From an uncultured delta proteobacterium (GTDB taxonomy: Bacteria; Desulfobacterota; Binatia; Binatales; Binataceae), in NCBI GenBank assembly GCA_963724765.1, contig CAVRVY010000004.1:1568001-1632000 (forward strand): DNA of 64,000 bases, in the 5' to 3' direction. A model generated the notes under the pieces. The model searched no databases, was not told the origin of the DNA, and saw only the letters and a program-made list of their open reading frames with translations. Shown here one piece after another: positions 1 to 9,795 of the stretch (positions within the stretch are counted from its first letter, which is position 1; each line of letters begins with the position of its first letter). A program made the translations under genes and the position numbers.

Positions 1-26
1 AGCTCGTACAGCTTAAGGATCACGTT

Positions 27-299
27 GTGGAGCACCGGCGGTGCCGGAACTGCGGCTTCGATCAGGACGCTCCCGAACTAACGCCCGAGCAGATGATTGA
101 GCTACTCCGGGCCTGGCAGGAAGCCCATCCACCTATCTATTGCTGGACGCGCGACGAATTGGATGGCCTACGGCGTGGATTGCTACCGGGCGATGTGTTC
201 GTCAACTTTTTTTGCAATAGCGTCGTGTTCAAACGCGCGGGCGTTTCCATTACCTGGGAGCGGGGCGCGCGCAAATCTGAATCGAAGGAGATAGGGTAA
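27..299 (+). CDS. hypothetical protein with N-terminal CxxC (may begin upstream of the window)
   Basis: ORF with CRNC. Its stop overlaps the next ATG (TAATG). Confidence 0.5.
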   Translation: MEHRRCRNCGFDQDAPELTPEQMIELLRAWQEAHPPIYCWTRDELDGLRRGLLPGDVFVNFFCNSVVFKRAGVSITWERGARKSESKEIG

Positions 300-1009
300 T
301 GAGTTTATTTTTCGGCAAAACAGATCCCGTGGATCAAGCAGATCGCGCCGCCCGCGCCGCCGCCGACAAGGAATCCCTGGCGAAGCAAACTGGGCTACGT
401 AATGCGCTACCAGCGGAGCACGGTTCACGACTGGAGATGGCGGCGGGCGCCATTGAGGATGAAGTCTACAAGGGCCGCCTCGATCAATTCTCGATCCTCC
501 GGGCGCGCGAACAAGCGCTGGGTATCCTGCAGCAGGCCGTCCACCGGAATCAAATGAGCGAGGACGTCGCTCTACAGGACTATCGTGAGGCTTGCCAGCT
601 CGAATTGGAAAAATGGCTCGATGCGCCTACGGCTGCCGCCGCGCTATGCCGGGCGCGGGTTCGAGCCATCGTGCCCAAGCCGCGCGACCAGTTTACGTGG
701 ACATGGGAATCCGCTGTGGCGCGGGCGCTCGGCTCCGGGGCGATCCCGCGCGATATCCCGCCGATAGCTATCGACACGCTGGGCGCGGAAGTGTTGAAGG
801 AAGGAGACCAGATCCGCGCCTTCGATGAGCGCTACGGCGGGGTCTTCTACGTGGTAGGTACGGACAACAAAACCCGCGAGGTGAAGTACTCCTCGTTGCA
901 GGAGTTTCGGCCACGAGGCGTGGTGATGAGCCCGGAAGGGATCGCGCGCTGGAACCTGCGCTTCAAACGTTCACATCAACCGGAGAGCCTTGAAGGCCCA
1001 GCCGTATAA
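299..1009 (+). CDS. hypothetical protein (phage/MGE-like)
   Basis: 236-aa ORF, RBS AAGGAG upstream, translational coupling with previous ORF. Confidence 0.7.
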   Translation: MSLFFGKTDPVDQADRAARAAADKESLAKQTGLRNALPAEHGSRLEMAAGAIEDEVYKGRLDQFSILRAREQALGILQQAVHRNQMSEDVALQDYREACQLELEKWLDAPTAAAALCRARVRAIVPKPRDQFTWTWESAVARALGSGAIPRDIPPIAIDTLGAEVLKEGDQIRAFDERYGGVFYVVGTDNKTREVKYSSLQEFRPRGVVMSPEGIARWNLRFKRSHQPESLEGPAV

Positions 1010-1022
1010 AGTTTACGCCGCT

Positions 1023-1192
1023 GGGCGCGGGTACGTGTGGTACCGGCAGGAGATCTCCGGTCGCGGTTTCAACCATTCCCGCGATGAATCAGAAGTGCCT
1101 GCGCCCGCATCAAGTGTTCGACAGGGGGCCGTGCCAGGGCGACCCTAGATAGTAGGTGCTTATGTAAAGGTTGGCGCCTGCTAACCCTGGCA
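1023..1192 (+). ncRNA. candidate structured intergenic RNA (two multi-stem domains)
   Basis: Stems 1023-1034/1095-1106, 1042-1046/1057-1061, 1061-1066/1079-1084, 1132-1139/1185-1192 and 1151-1160/1173-1182. Non-Watson-Crick positions are G-U on the + strand. Confidence 0.45.
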
Positions 1193-1296
1193 AAAACTTT
1201 ATGGGATGTCGCACGATCAGAAGGTTCTCGCTGTGGCGGCGGCAGTGACGTTTAGGGAATCAGCGCTATCAACTTTGCAACTCGGAGAAGAAGAAC

Positions 1297-1959
1297 ATGG
1301 ACCATTTCGAAGCCGTAAGCCAAATGCTCGGCATCAACCGGGGCCAGCTACAATATCGCGCGGCTCATGCGCGCGGTACCGAAGACCGGAACACGGTCCG
1401 CGAGGTTCACGAAACTCCGGACATCACTGCTATCGCTGCGAACGTGGACTACTCGAACCGCCACGCCCTGGCGCAGAACATCGTGGACGTAGATGGCGAT
1501 GCCGAAGACGGTCGCGACTGCTCCGGCATCGCCCGTACCGTCAATGCCATGAAGGCGCCGAAGCTATCCGAGACCGGACTCGGCAACAAGGAGAAGGGCG
1601 ATCGCGAACCTGACGGCAATCCGGATAAGTCCAAGCAGGAAGGTGCTGACGGCCAGCCCGATATCATCAATGCCAAGGGTGCCGAAGAGGACGAGGATTG
1701 CGATGACGACGGCGAGGACATCGATGCCAAGGCCAAGGCGGTCAAGAAGGTTTTCATGCTCAGGCATGGATCGGAAGCTCGAATGATGTTGCGCGGGCAC
1801 GTTCGTGAAGGTGATTGGACTGACGAAGATCGGCCGTTGCGCAAGGCGCTGGAAAGCATGTGCGAGAACGACGCCGAGTGGGATGCCGGCCGGGCGGCAC
1901 ACGCACGCATGGGCGGCAGCGCGGGCGGCTACGACAACGTGACTCGCGTATTTGGTTGA
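1297..1959 (+). CDS. acidic low-complexity hypothetical protein
   Basis: 220-aa ORF, GGAGAAGAAGAAC-ATG start context, D/E-rich centre. Confidence 0.7.
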   Translation: MDHFEAVSQMLGINRGQLQYRAAHARGTEDRNTVREVHETPDITAIAANVDYSNRHALAQNIVDVDGDAEDGRDCSGIARTVNAMKAPKLSETGLGNKEKGDREPDGNPDKSKQEGADGQPDIINAKGAEEDEDCDDDGEDIDAKAKAVKKVFMLRHGSEARMMLRGHVREGDWTDEDRPLRKALESMCENDAEWDAGRAAHARMGGSAGGYDNVTRVFG

Positions 1960-1983
1960 CCATTGTAGGCGCGTGGAATAAAC

Positions 1984-2250
1984 ATGAACGCCCCACTAAT
2001 ACTCCATGGCCGCGTTCGCCTGCACCGGGCCGAGGACGACCGGGATCAGCCTCAGACCTATCCGATAGATACCGCGCCGAACGACGTCATCTTCGCGTGT
2101 GTTCGATGTGGTTATGAAAGGACGGCGCTGCGTTGGCGGTTGCGCACCGAGAAGGTTCTGAAACGCTACAAAGGTCTCCGGCCAGACCCTCCGGCGCAAT
2201 GCCGTTGTGGCTCATACGACTTCCGCGAGGTGAAGCCTCGTGATGGATGA
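1984..2250 (+). CDS. small Zn-ribbon-like protein
   Basis: CVRCG...CRCGS motifs, co-oriented with neighbours. Confidence 0.6.
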   Translation: MNAPLILHGRVRLHRAEDDRDQPQTYPIDTAPNDVIFACVRCGYERTALRWRLRTEKVLKRYKGLRPDPPAQCRCGSYDFREVKPRDG

Positions 2251-2350
2251 TCTTAGACGTTTCCGAACGATTCTGGCGGACTGGAGTAATTACCACGCTG
2301 ATTTTGTGCGAATGGTCGGTTCAAGGAAATCGCGAGGCTAGGGAAGGATA

Positions 2351-3130
2351 ATGCCCTCGCAGCCGCTACCGGGTGAAGAACTGGTCTCGGTACCCTGCCT
2401 GAACTGCGAGACCTTGATCGAGGTACCGGAGGGCAAGGTTCGCTACGGTTGGGCCAAGGATGAACTTGGCAAGCCCATCACGATTCCTAAGAATCGCTGC
2501 CGCGATTGCTCCCGCCTCCACGACAACCTCCGCCACGAACGAGATCAGGAATTCGAAACCCGCTTCAAAGAAGTAATCAAGACCAAAAACCGTGCGCGCG
2601 TAAAGAAGCGACTGGAGCAGTTTCCGGTGGTCGAGGAATTGGCCAAGCTGAGGGTAGGCCGCAACGGTGAGCCCGGTTTTGATCGGCTACTTGATCTCCT
2701 GGAAGGCGTGGCGGGCGGGCGCCACAACTATCGGCCCTTTACCACCAAGGCTATTACCCCTGGCATGCGTGCCGAGATCCAGGAGCACGATCCCTATTAC
2801 GATGGCCCGGTGCCGCGCGACTACCGGAAGGTCTGCGGCCAGCAACGTCGAGAGATGAAGGCCATGCGGGCGCGCGGGGAAATACCGATGGCTTCCATGT
2901 TTCCGCAGATCAACGTCTACCACCGGATGGGGGAACACGCCCGGATGGGATTGGACGGGGAGCAATGCCCGGAGTGCTGTGCCGCGCCGAAGAATACTGG
3001 GTTGTCGAAGAAGTACCGGCTCAAGCACGGGATCGACATGACGGCGCCCGCCGAGCCTCTGGTGGAGACCCGGCGGGCAGTTAAGACGTGGAACCGGCAT
3101 CCAGAACGCGATCTGGATCAGGAGGAATAG
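2351..3130 (+). CDS. hypothetical protein with Zn-finger-like Cys pairs
   Basis: CLNC, CRDC and CPEC motifs; RBS GGAAGGA. Confidence 0.7.
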   Translation: MPSQPLPGEELVSVPCLNCETLIEVPEGKVRYGWAKDELGKPITIPKNRCRDCSRLHDNLRHERDQEFETRFKEVIKTKNRARVKKRLEQFPVVEELAKLRVGRNGEPGFDRLLDLLEGVAGGRHNYRPFTTKAITPGMRAEIQEHDPYYDGPVPRDYRKVCGQQRREMKAMRARGEIPMASMFPQINVYHRMGEHARMGLDGEQCPECCAAPKNTGLSKKYRLKHGIDMTAPAEPLVETRRAVKTWNRHPERDLDQEE

Positions 3131-3390
3131 TTTACGGTGAGCCGCTGCATTCCGGCGCGGAACCGGCCCATTCGCCCACGTCGTCGGCGGCGCCTGCCGG
3201 GATATAACCCTCATTGCCGTTGTGCAGGCGGATCAGCATCCGACCGTCGGCCCGGATCGCGATAATGTGGACCAGACGCCCGGCATGGAGGGTCTGGAAA
3301 ACTTCACCCGTCCTATAGCTAAGGTTCACGTCAGCGTTGAGGCGGCCCAGCAGATTGACCGCGCGTGGGCCGGCACTGTCCAAACCAAAT

Positions 3391-3846
3391 CTATGAAGTC
3401 GGAACCTTGGCAACCCAATTGCCAAAATCCTTTTCAGTGCGTTTCCCGACTTGGGCAACGGCACCGCCCTTGAAGAAAGAGCTTCCAAAGATGTGGATGT
3501 AACCGCCGAAGTCGGACGGCAGATAAAAGTTCCCATACTTGAGCATTGCCACCCTTTCTTTTCCCAAGCAGCCATAGAAGTACCCGAACTCGAAGAGCAC
3601 GTTCAGGTTGGGTGTCCACACCGTTTTGCCCCGAACAGTAGCCTCAGCCTCCGGTGAGAAGAGCAAGATCGCACCGTTCACCTTAGCTCGTATATTGTCC
3701 AATTCTTCAAGCAAAGTTTTTCCCAGTGTAAAGGCGTCCCACCACGGGAGCAACTCGATAGTTGGACCTTTGAACTTTTCTACAACTGCTTTGGCCTGTG
3801 ATTTTGCGGCAGCAGATGAGCCGATAAAGAGGGTCGCTTTGGGCAT
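3391..3846 (-). CDS. stand-alone TIR-like domain protein (predicted nucleotide-binding TIR family, as in CAP12/Pycsar effectors)
   Basis: LFIGSS...AILLFSP...PNLNVLFEFGYFYGCLGKERV...LPSDFGG signature. Confidence 0.8.
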   Translation of the reverse strand: MPKATLFIGSSAAAKSQAKAVVEKFKGPTIELLPWWDAFTLGKTLLEELDNIRAKVNGAILLFSPEAEATVRGKTVWTPNLNVLFEFGYFYGCLGKERVAMLKYGNFYLPSDFGGYIHIFGSSFFKGGAVAQVGKRTEKDFGNWVAKVPTS

Positions 3847-3983
3847 GCCTTAGCATATCTCAAAAGGCAAGCGTCGCACCCGCTCTGGGGGATTGATCGC
3901 GGTGAAATAGAGCAACATAACGTTCTTTATGACTGGACCGGATGGGCGTGTCCATCCGGCCCTTGTGATCGGCCCGGCAGGTG

Positions 3984-5030
3984 CTATTCCGGCGGCTTTT
4001 CGCCCGCGCCCTCATCTACGGGTTGCTCATAGTGCCCTACCTCGTTGCCCCAGCTTTTCCATTCTCCGCCACGGAGACGGCGGGCGAATAGCTCCAGCTT
4101 CCGCACCTTCGGATACATCATCTCGATGATCTCATAGGCGCGGTCCGGCTTTGCGCTATTCAGTTCGGACCAAGGCTCACCCTCGAACACGGATCGCGGC
4201 TTCTCGTACTGCAAAGGTGAAATTGAGCCCCGCGTACCGATCAACAGCACCTCGTGCTGCCAGAAGGCGAAGCTACCGATCACCGGGCGGGGCTTCTTCC
4301 AGATGAAATGACTATTGTACGCAAAGCCCCAGCCCGCCATTACGTTCATCGCGGCGGGCAGCATCTTTACCGTGGCCCACAGGAAAAGCGCGCAGTCGTC
4401 GGTCAGGTGCTCGTCAAGGTTGAGATCTTCTCTAAGAGCAATGATCTCCTCGGCGTCCATGGTCGGGAACGTATTCTCGGCGGCAGCACTGCTATGCTCA
4501 TTGCCGTATTTCCACGGAGGGTCGGCGTACACCACGGCGAACTTGCCCCAATCCTCGCCGGGCAACGGCGTGCCCTGCTCGATGAGATTGCCGAATCTTT
4601 GTTCACGTTTGGCTTCGCGCAGGAGATGCCGAATATAACCGGCTGTGCGGTCCTTCCTCTCGAACGCCGTCACAACAGCGTCGGGGCGTTCGGCAAGTGC
4701 CAAGACTTCCTCGTGGGTAAGGTGGATCTTCTCATTCAGGATGTCGTCTCTCAGTGCACCGCCAGCGACCTTGATCTTACCGATCTGATCAACGGCTTGG
4801 CTGAACGCGCCACGGCGTTCGACGGTGCTGTCGCTGACGCTGTTTTCACGACCGAGCCTCTGGGCGAGAGTTTCGAACTTCTCCCCATTTTGGGAGAGGT
4901 TAGATCGGTGCGCGTCCCTTGCGCCTTCTGTTCGTTGTACTCTTGGCCGAGGCAGTATTTCGACCACGTGCGATTGTGGTTGCGGCGGCCTCTCTGATTG
5001 TCGCGAATCCATTTTTTTGCGTGTTCCCAC
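3984..5030 (-). CDS. MT-A70-family adenine methyltransferase (C-terminal part of a frameshifted ParB-MTase fusion; relevant frame from about 4900)
   Basis: VVYADPPW, CALFLWAT, WGFAY..HFIW.K, HEVLLIG.RG, SAKP, KLELFAR, WGNE. Confidence 0.85.
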   Translation of the reverse strand: MGTRKKMDSRQSERPPQPQSHVVEILPRPRVQRTEGARDAHRSNLSQNGEKFETLAQRLGRENSVSDSTVERRGAFSQAVDQIGKIKVAGGALRDDILNEKIHLTHEEVLALAERPDAVVTAFERKDRTAGYIRHLLREAKREQRFGNLIEQGTPLPGEDWGKFAVVYADPPWKYGNEHSSAAAENTFPTMDAEEIIALREDLNLDEHLTDDCALFLWATVKMLPAAMNVMAGWGFAYNSHFIWKKPRPVIGSFAFWQHEVLLIGTRGSISPLQYEKPRSVFEGEPWSELNSAKPDRAYEIIEMMYPKVRKLELFARRLRGGEWKSWGNEVGHYEQPVDEGAGEKPPE

Positions 5031-5428
5031 GATTCAAATGGCTGCTCTTGGAAAACCGGCTTGAGCCATCCGTGCTCGCGTTCCTTCAGCCAGATATCGA
5101 GTCGGTGATGGCCATCGGCTAAGAAGCGCTGTCCATCTGGCAGCACTCCTATCGTCAGCGGATGACTGATACGGCGGTCGGTGCGGATCAGGTTCAGGAG
5201 GTTGGCCTTCTCTTCAGGAGTCAGCGGTCGGAGAAGGCGTCGAGCCTTCCAATAGATATCAAACGCGACGTCTACGAGCATTTTCCACTCGACGTCAGCG
5301 ATTCCGACATACTCAGTGCCTAGGCGCTTCCCGTCAGAAACCCGGTCGAGGTATTCGGGCCGCTCCTTCGTCGAACGGTACGTCTGTCCCGGTGCAGGCC
5401 GAGCCTTGCCTTCATCGCGCGTCATCAT
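4751..5428 (-). CDS. ParB/Srx-like N-terminal domain (N-terminal part of the frameshifted fusion)
   Basis: PLTPEE...L...I, LADGHHRL, WIRDNQRGRRN, QGTRTDL. Confidence 0.75.
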   Translation of the reverse strand: MMTRDEGKARPAPGQTYRSTKERPEYLDRVSDGKRLGTEYVGIADVEWKMLVDVAFDIYWKARRLLRPLTPEEKANLLNLIRTDRRISHPLTIGVLPDGQRFLADGHHRLDIWLKEREHGWLKPVFQEQPFESWEHAKKWIRDNQRGRRNHNRTWSKYCLGQEYNEQKAQGTRTDLTSPKMGRSSKLSPRGSVVKTASATAPSNAVARSAKPLIRSVRSRSLAVH

Positions 5429-5457
5429 CCGCCTCCGCTCTGATGAGCAGCGCCACC

Positions 5458-5922
5458 TTATTCACCTTGGCTAGTTGGCCGTACCTTCAGCCCTTTGCGA
5501 TATTGTTCGACGTCTGTGTCGAGGGTAGCCAGCGCGCTAGCTGCCATCTCATTAACGCGGTGCGCACCGACCACGAATACCGTAGTATCTAAGTACATTT
5601 CGGAGGTTTTAGTTGTTAGGGTTATGCTAATAGCTATAGCACTTGAATACCCGGTCAACTCACCATTGTTGTCATCGACGCAAACTATTCGCATTCCGGC
5701 TGCTGGATTGTCACCGTCTTGGACCAATTCGTAACCGGCGGATGCCCTGATTTTCTCTTTCAGAGCGAAGCAAAATCTCGAACCTACGGTATCGTTGCAA
5801 GCGCAACCAACAACCACTCCCACGGGAGCGCCACTTGCTGCTTGCGCACGCCAGCACGACAGGGATGTAAGAGCTATAACTATTGCGATCGCGGCGCCGC
5901 GTTGAGCTGATTGTATTCTCAT
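5458..5922 (-). CDS. putative exported protein
   Basis: N-terminal hydrophobic signal-like segment followed by AQA. Confidence 0.6.
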   Translation of the reverse strand: MRIQSAQRGAAIAIVIALTSLSCWRAQAASGAPVGVVVGCACNDTVGSRFCFALKEKIRASAGYELVQDGDNPAAGMRIVCVDDNNGELTGYSSAIAISITLTTKTSEMYLDTTVFVVGAHRVNEMAASALATLDTDVEQYRKGLKVRPTSQGE

Positions 5923-6460
5923 GTACTGCTCTGCTCCCCTTGGCCCGGCGCATACTAAGGGTTGGCCTGATCAGATCAGGATTTGCGAGCACATCCCCTG
6001 CGTCCCGAACGCCAAAGCAGTTTAACAATGCCTTAGAGCGCTCACAAGAGGCTAGATGCCTTTAGAGATAATCTATAGAGGTCTGGGTCAGCGCAGCGGC
6101 GGCATCAGCATGATTGATGATGCTACGCCCGGCCTGCATGGTCATCGCTCCTTGGGCTCGTCAGGTGTACAGGACGCGGGTTCGCGGCCGAAAAAAGCAG
6201 GGATCCTCCAAGATTCTCAGTACTCCCCCGTGGGCGACCTCAGTGTCTCGGAGGGGCGGCATGGATGTCTGGGATCGGGGGTCGCTAGCGTCCTACGAAG
6301 AAGAGCAACGTTAACCACACAACGTAGGGCAGACGGAGGAGAGTCAATACGCAAAGTAATAACCGGCCCCGGACAGGCGTGTCTCTCCCTTTTCGGTGCC
6401 GTCAATTGAATGCCTGACTTTCACGCCGTATTCTTTTGGTCGGAGGCACGAAAACTACCG

Positions 6461-6937
6461 ATGAGTAACAAGGCAACCGCACAGAGTTCGACCACCACGC
6501 TCCGAGTGAATGAAGCGAAATGGTCGAAGGCGCTCATGGCGGGCGGCTGGACCGTCATGCCCAATGTCATCATCGAGCGGCAAAAGGTGCTCGGTCTCGA
6601 CGCAGTCGATATCAACATCTTGATGCACTTGGCGCTCTACTGGTGGACACCCGACAACAAGCCTCATCCCTCGAAAAATACGATTGCGGCCGCGGTCGGC
6701 GTTCATCCTCGTACGGTGCAGCGCCGCATTGCTGAAATGGAAAAGCACGGGCTGATCCGACGTGAGGAACGGCGCATACGTGGGCAGGGCAGTAAGACCA
6801 ACCTCTACCATTTCGACGGGCTCATTAAGGAAGCGACGCCCTATGCGGCAGAAAAGGTACAGGAAGCCGCGAAGCGCGCGGCCGAGCGCAAGGCCACGGC
6901 CGCCCGTAAGGGGAGGCCACGGTTGCGCCTCGTTTAG
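6461..6937 (+). CDS. winged HTH protein (phage/plasmid replication-protein-like HTH)
   Basis: GWTVMPN, HPSKNTIAAAVGVHPRTVQRRIAEME..GLI.R, TNLY. Confidence 0.75.
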   Translation: MSNKATAQSSTTTLRVNEAKWSKALMAGGWTVMPNVIIERQKVLGLDAVDINILMHLALYWWTPDNKPHPSKNTIAAAVGVHPRTVQRRIAEMEKHGLIRREERRIRGQGSKTNLYHFDGLIKEATPYAAEKVQEAAKRAAERKATAARKGRPRLRLV

Positions 6938-6958
6938 GACGAGTAGCGGGATTAGAAT

Positions 6959-7067
6959 CGCGGTGTAGCTCAGGCGGATAGAGCACCTCGCTTTCTTCAT
7001 ACGACGTAGGACGACAAACCACAGTATGGGCGAGGAGGTCGCAGGTTCAAGTCCTGCCACCGCCACC
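6959..7067 (+). tRNA. tRNA-like RNA / atypical tRNA with 40-nt anticodon loop; identity undetermined
   Basis: Acceptor GCGGTG/CACCGC with C1:C72 mismatch; D arm GCTC/GAGC; anticodon stem CCTCG/CGAGG; variable AGGTC; T arm GCAGG-TTCAAGT-CCTGC; ends ACC. Confidence 0.6.
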
Positions 7068-7348
7068 TTTGAAGGGAAAGATGGGCTAAACTGAGGTTCC
7101 CCTGTTGCCCAGCGCCCACGCCCGAGCCGATTCTTGTCCGACACTTTCTGCCAAACCGGATCGGATACCGAAGGAAAAACGCGGGAACTTTGGCTATTGA
7201 TGGCCTGTGCCTCGTTTTGTACCTCGCATAGCTGAGAGCGCCAGAGAGAAAATCCCTCACTGAAGCAGCCGGATAGACCGGTTGCACCGGAGTAAAAATC
7301 CGGCAGCAATAGCCCATTTGCCGTGGAACGGCAGAGGTGGGCGGAGGG

Positions 7349-8848
7349 ATGAAGCGGGTGGAACTATACGCGCAGGTTCGACGAGCGGTTTACGTGGAGG
7401 GGCTGAGTCGGCGGGAAGCAGCACGGCGCTTTGGGATCGACCCGCGGACGGTGGCGAAGATGCTGGCGTTCTCGGTGCCGCCTGGTTATCGACGGAGCCG
7501 GCCGCCGGCGCGGCCCAAGCTGGATCCGTTTGTCGGGATTATCGACCGGATCTTGGAAGAAGATAAGTTACGCCCAGCCAAGCAGCAGCACACGGCGAAA
7601 CGGATTTTCGAGCGGCTGCGCGATGAGCATGGGTATGACGGCGGGATCTCGATCGTAAGGGCTTACGTACACGAGCATCGCCAGCGGCTGCGCGAGATGT
7701 TCGTGCCACTGCACCATGATCCTGGACACGCGCAAGTCGACTTCGGTGAAGCGCTCGCGGTAATCGCAGGTGAGGAGTGCAAGATCCACTTCTTCGCGAT
7801 GGACTTGCCGCACAGCGATGCTTGTTTGGTGCAGGCCTATCCGGCGGAGAGCACCGAGGCCTTCTGCGAAGGTCACAACGTCAGCTTCGAGTTCTTTGGC
7901 GGAGTGCCGCGTTCGATCCTCTACGACAACACCAAGCTGGCGGTGGCGCGCATACTCGGAGATGGCACCCGTAAGCGCACCAAGGTCTTCAGTGAGCTGC
8001 AGTCCCACTCTCTGTTCGCCGATCGCTTCGGGCGGCCGGGCAAGGGTAACGATAAGGGCAAGGTCGAGGGGTTGGTCGGCTATGCGCGGCGCAACTTCAT
8101 GGTGCCGATCCCGCGCGCACTCAGCTTCGCTGAGCTAAATGAGCAGTTGCTGGAGTGCTGCCGCCGTCGTTTGAAGGATCGGCTACGTGGTCATGATGAC
8201 ACCATCGGCGAGCGGCTGGTGAAGGACCGTGAGGCTCTCCTGCCGCTGCCGCCCGCACCCTATGATGCGTGCGAAAAGAGGCCCGCCTGGGTCAGCTCGT
8301 TGTCGCTGGTGCGCTACCGCGGCAACAACTACTCAGTGCCAAGCGCATACGGTCACCGCGAGGTGCTGGTCCGAGGTTACGTCCACGAAGTTGTGATCGC
8401 CTGTGCAACCGAGGAGATCGCCCGGCACGCTCGTTCCTACGAGCGCGAGGACTTCGTGTTCAACCCACTGCACTACCTGGCCCTGCTGGAGCGGAAGATC
8501 GGCGCGCTGGACCAGGCCGCGCCGCTGGTCGGCTGGGAACTACCTGAAGAGTTCGCAACGCTGCGCCGGCTGCTCGAAGCGCGCCTGCGCAAGCCCGGTA
8601 AGCGGGAGTTCGTTCAGGTCCTGCGCTTGCTCGAGGTGTTCGGTCTCGAAGACGTGGTCGCAGGAGTTCGAGAAGCGATCGATCGCGGAGTGATTAGCTT
8701 CGACGCGGTCAAGCATCTCGTGCTGTGCCGCATCGAACGGCGCCCACCGCGACTCGACCTGAAGATCTATCCCTATCTGCCACAGGCGACTGTGAGCACC
8801 ACCTCGGCCCGATCCTACCTGAGCCTGATGGCGGGAGCAGGTTCATGA
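7349..8848 (+). CDS. istA: IS21 transposase IstA
   Basis: N-terminal HTH; AQVDFG, ILYDN, KGKVEG.V.Y DDE motifs. Confidence 0.95.
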   Translation: MKRVELYAQVRRAVYVEGLSRREAARRFGIDPRTVAKMLAFSVPPGYRRSRPPARPKLDPFVGIIDRILEEDKLRPAKQQHTAKRIFERLRDEHGYDGGISIVRAYVHEHRQRLREMFVPLHHDPGHAQVDFGEALAVIAGEECKIHFFAMDLPHSDACLVQAYPAESTEAFCEGHNVSFEFFGGVPRSILYDNTKLAVARILGDGTRKRTKVFSELQSHSLFADRFGRPGKGNDKGKVEGLVGYARRNFMVPIPRALSFAELNEQLLECCRRRLKDRLRGHDDTIGERLVKDREALLPLPPAPYDACEKRPAWVSSLSLVRYRGNNYSVPSAYGHREVLVRGYVHEVVIACATEEIARHARSYEREDFVFNPLHYLALLERKIGALDQAAPLVGWELPEEFATLRRLLEARLRKPGKREFVQVLRLLEVFGLEDVVAGVREAIDRGVISFDAVKHLVLCRIERRPPRLDLKIYPYLPQATVSTTSARSYLSLMAGAGS

Positions 8849-9621
8849 GCGATACGCCCCAGGTTCTGCTCACCCATTACTTGAAAACACTCAGATTGCC
8901 CACCTTTTTGCGCGAGTATGACAAGTTGGCGCGCCAATGCGCCGGCGAGGATGTCGACTATCCTCGCTACCTGTTGCGCCTGGCCGAGCTGGAGATGATC
9001 GAACGGGAACGCCGGACCATCGAGCGGCGAATCAAGGAAGCCAGGTTCCCGGCGGTCAAAAGTCTCGATAGCTTCGAATTCGCAGCGCTCCCCTCGCTCA
9101 ACAAGACGCTAGTGCTGGAACTGGCCCGCTCGGAGTATATCGCGCGCCGCGAGAACATCATCGCGGTCGGCAACAGTGGCACCGGCAAGACTCATGTGGC
9201 TCTCGGGCTAGGTCTGGCCGCCTGCCAGAAGGGTCTCGCGGTCGGCTTCACCACCGCTGCCGCTTTGGTCAACGAGCTGCATGAAGCGCATGATGAGAAG
9301 CGTCTGCTGCGCCTCCAACGTCAACTCGCCGGCTACAAGCTTCTGATCGTGGATGAACTCGGCTACGTCCCGCTCTCCCCAACTGGTGCAGAGTTACTGT
9401 TCGAAGTCTTCAGCCAGCGCTACGAGCGCGGCTCGATCATCGTTACCAGCAATCTGCCGTTCGATGAGTGGACCAGCGTGTTCGGCTCCGAGCGCTTAAC
9501 CGGCGCACTGCTTGATCGTCTTACCCACCACGTTCACATCCTCGAGATGAACGGTGACAGCTTCAGGCTCAAACACAGCAAGCGCCGCATCAGTGACGAT
9601 CAACCGCGAGAATCCGGCTAA
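8845..9621 (+). CDS. istB: IS21 helper ATPase IstB
   Basis: GNSGTGKT Walker A, LLIVDELGY, TSNL.F.EW, LLDRL.HH; ATGA overlap with istA. Confidence 0.95.
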   Translation: MSDTPQVLLTHYLKTLRLPTFLREYDKLARQCAGEDVDYPRYLLRLAELEMIERERRTIERRIKEARFPAVKSLDSFEFAALPSLNKTLVLELARSEYIARRENIIAVGNSGTGKTHVALGLGLAACQKGLAVGFTTAAALVNELHEAHDEKRLLRLQRQLAGYKLLIVDELGYVPLSPTGAELLFEVFSQRYERGSIIVTSNLPFDEWTSVFGSERLTGALLDRLTHHVHILEMNGDSFRLKHSKRRISDDQPRESG

Positions 9622-9795
9622 CACCACTAACTCCAACCCACAAAGCTAGATCTTTTCGACACAGTAGCGAGGGGGTGATCCCCCTCGCGCTCCCCCTGCC
9701 AGACGTCAACCTACCTGCCATCGGCTTATCCAAATGATGGACTTTTGCTCTGGCGCGCTGATGTACTTTCACTCCGGTGTTGACAGGAGCGGAAG

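Larger units (their letters stand above)
7279..9785 (+). mobile_element. IS21-family insertion sequence
   Basis: istA-istB pair; imperfect terminal IRs CGGTTGCACCGGAGTAAAAAT / ACTTTCACTCCGGTGTTGACA; no clear target duplication. Confidence 0.9.
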
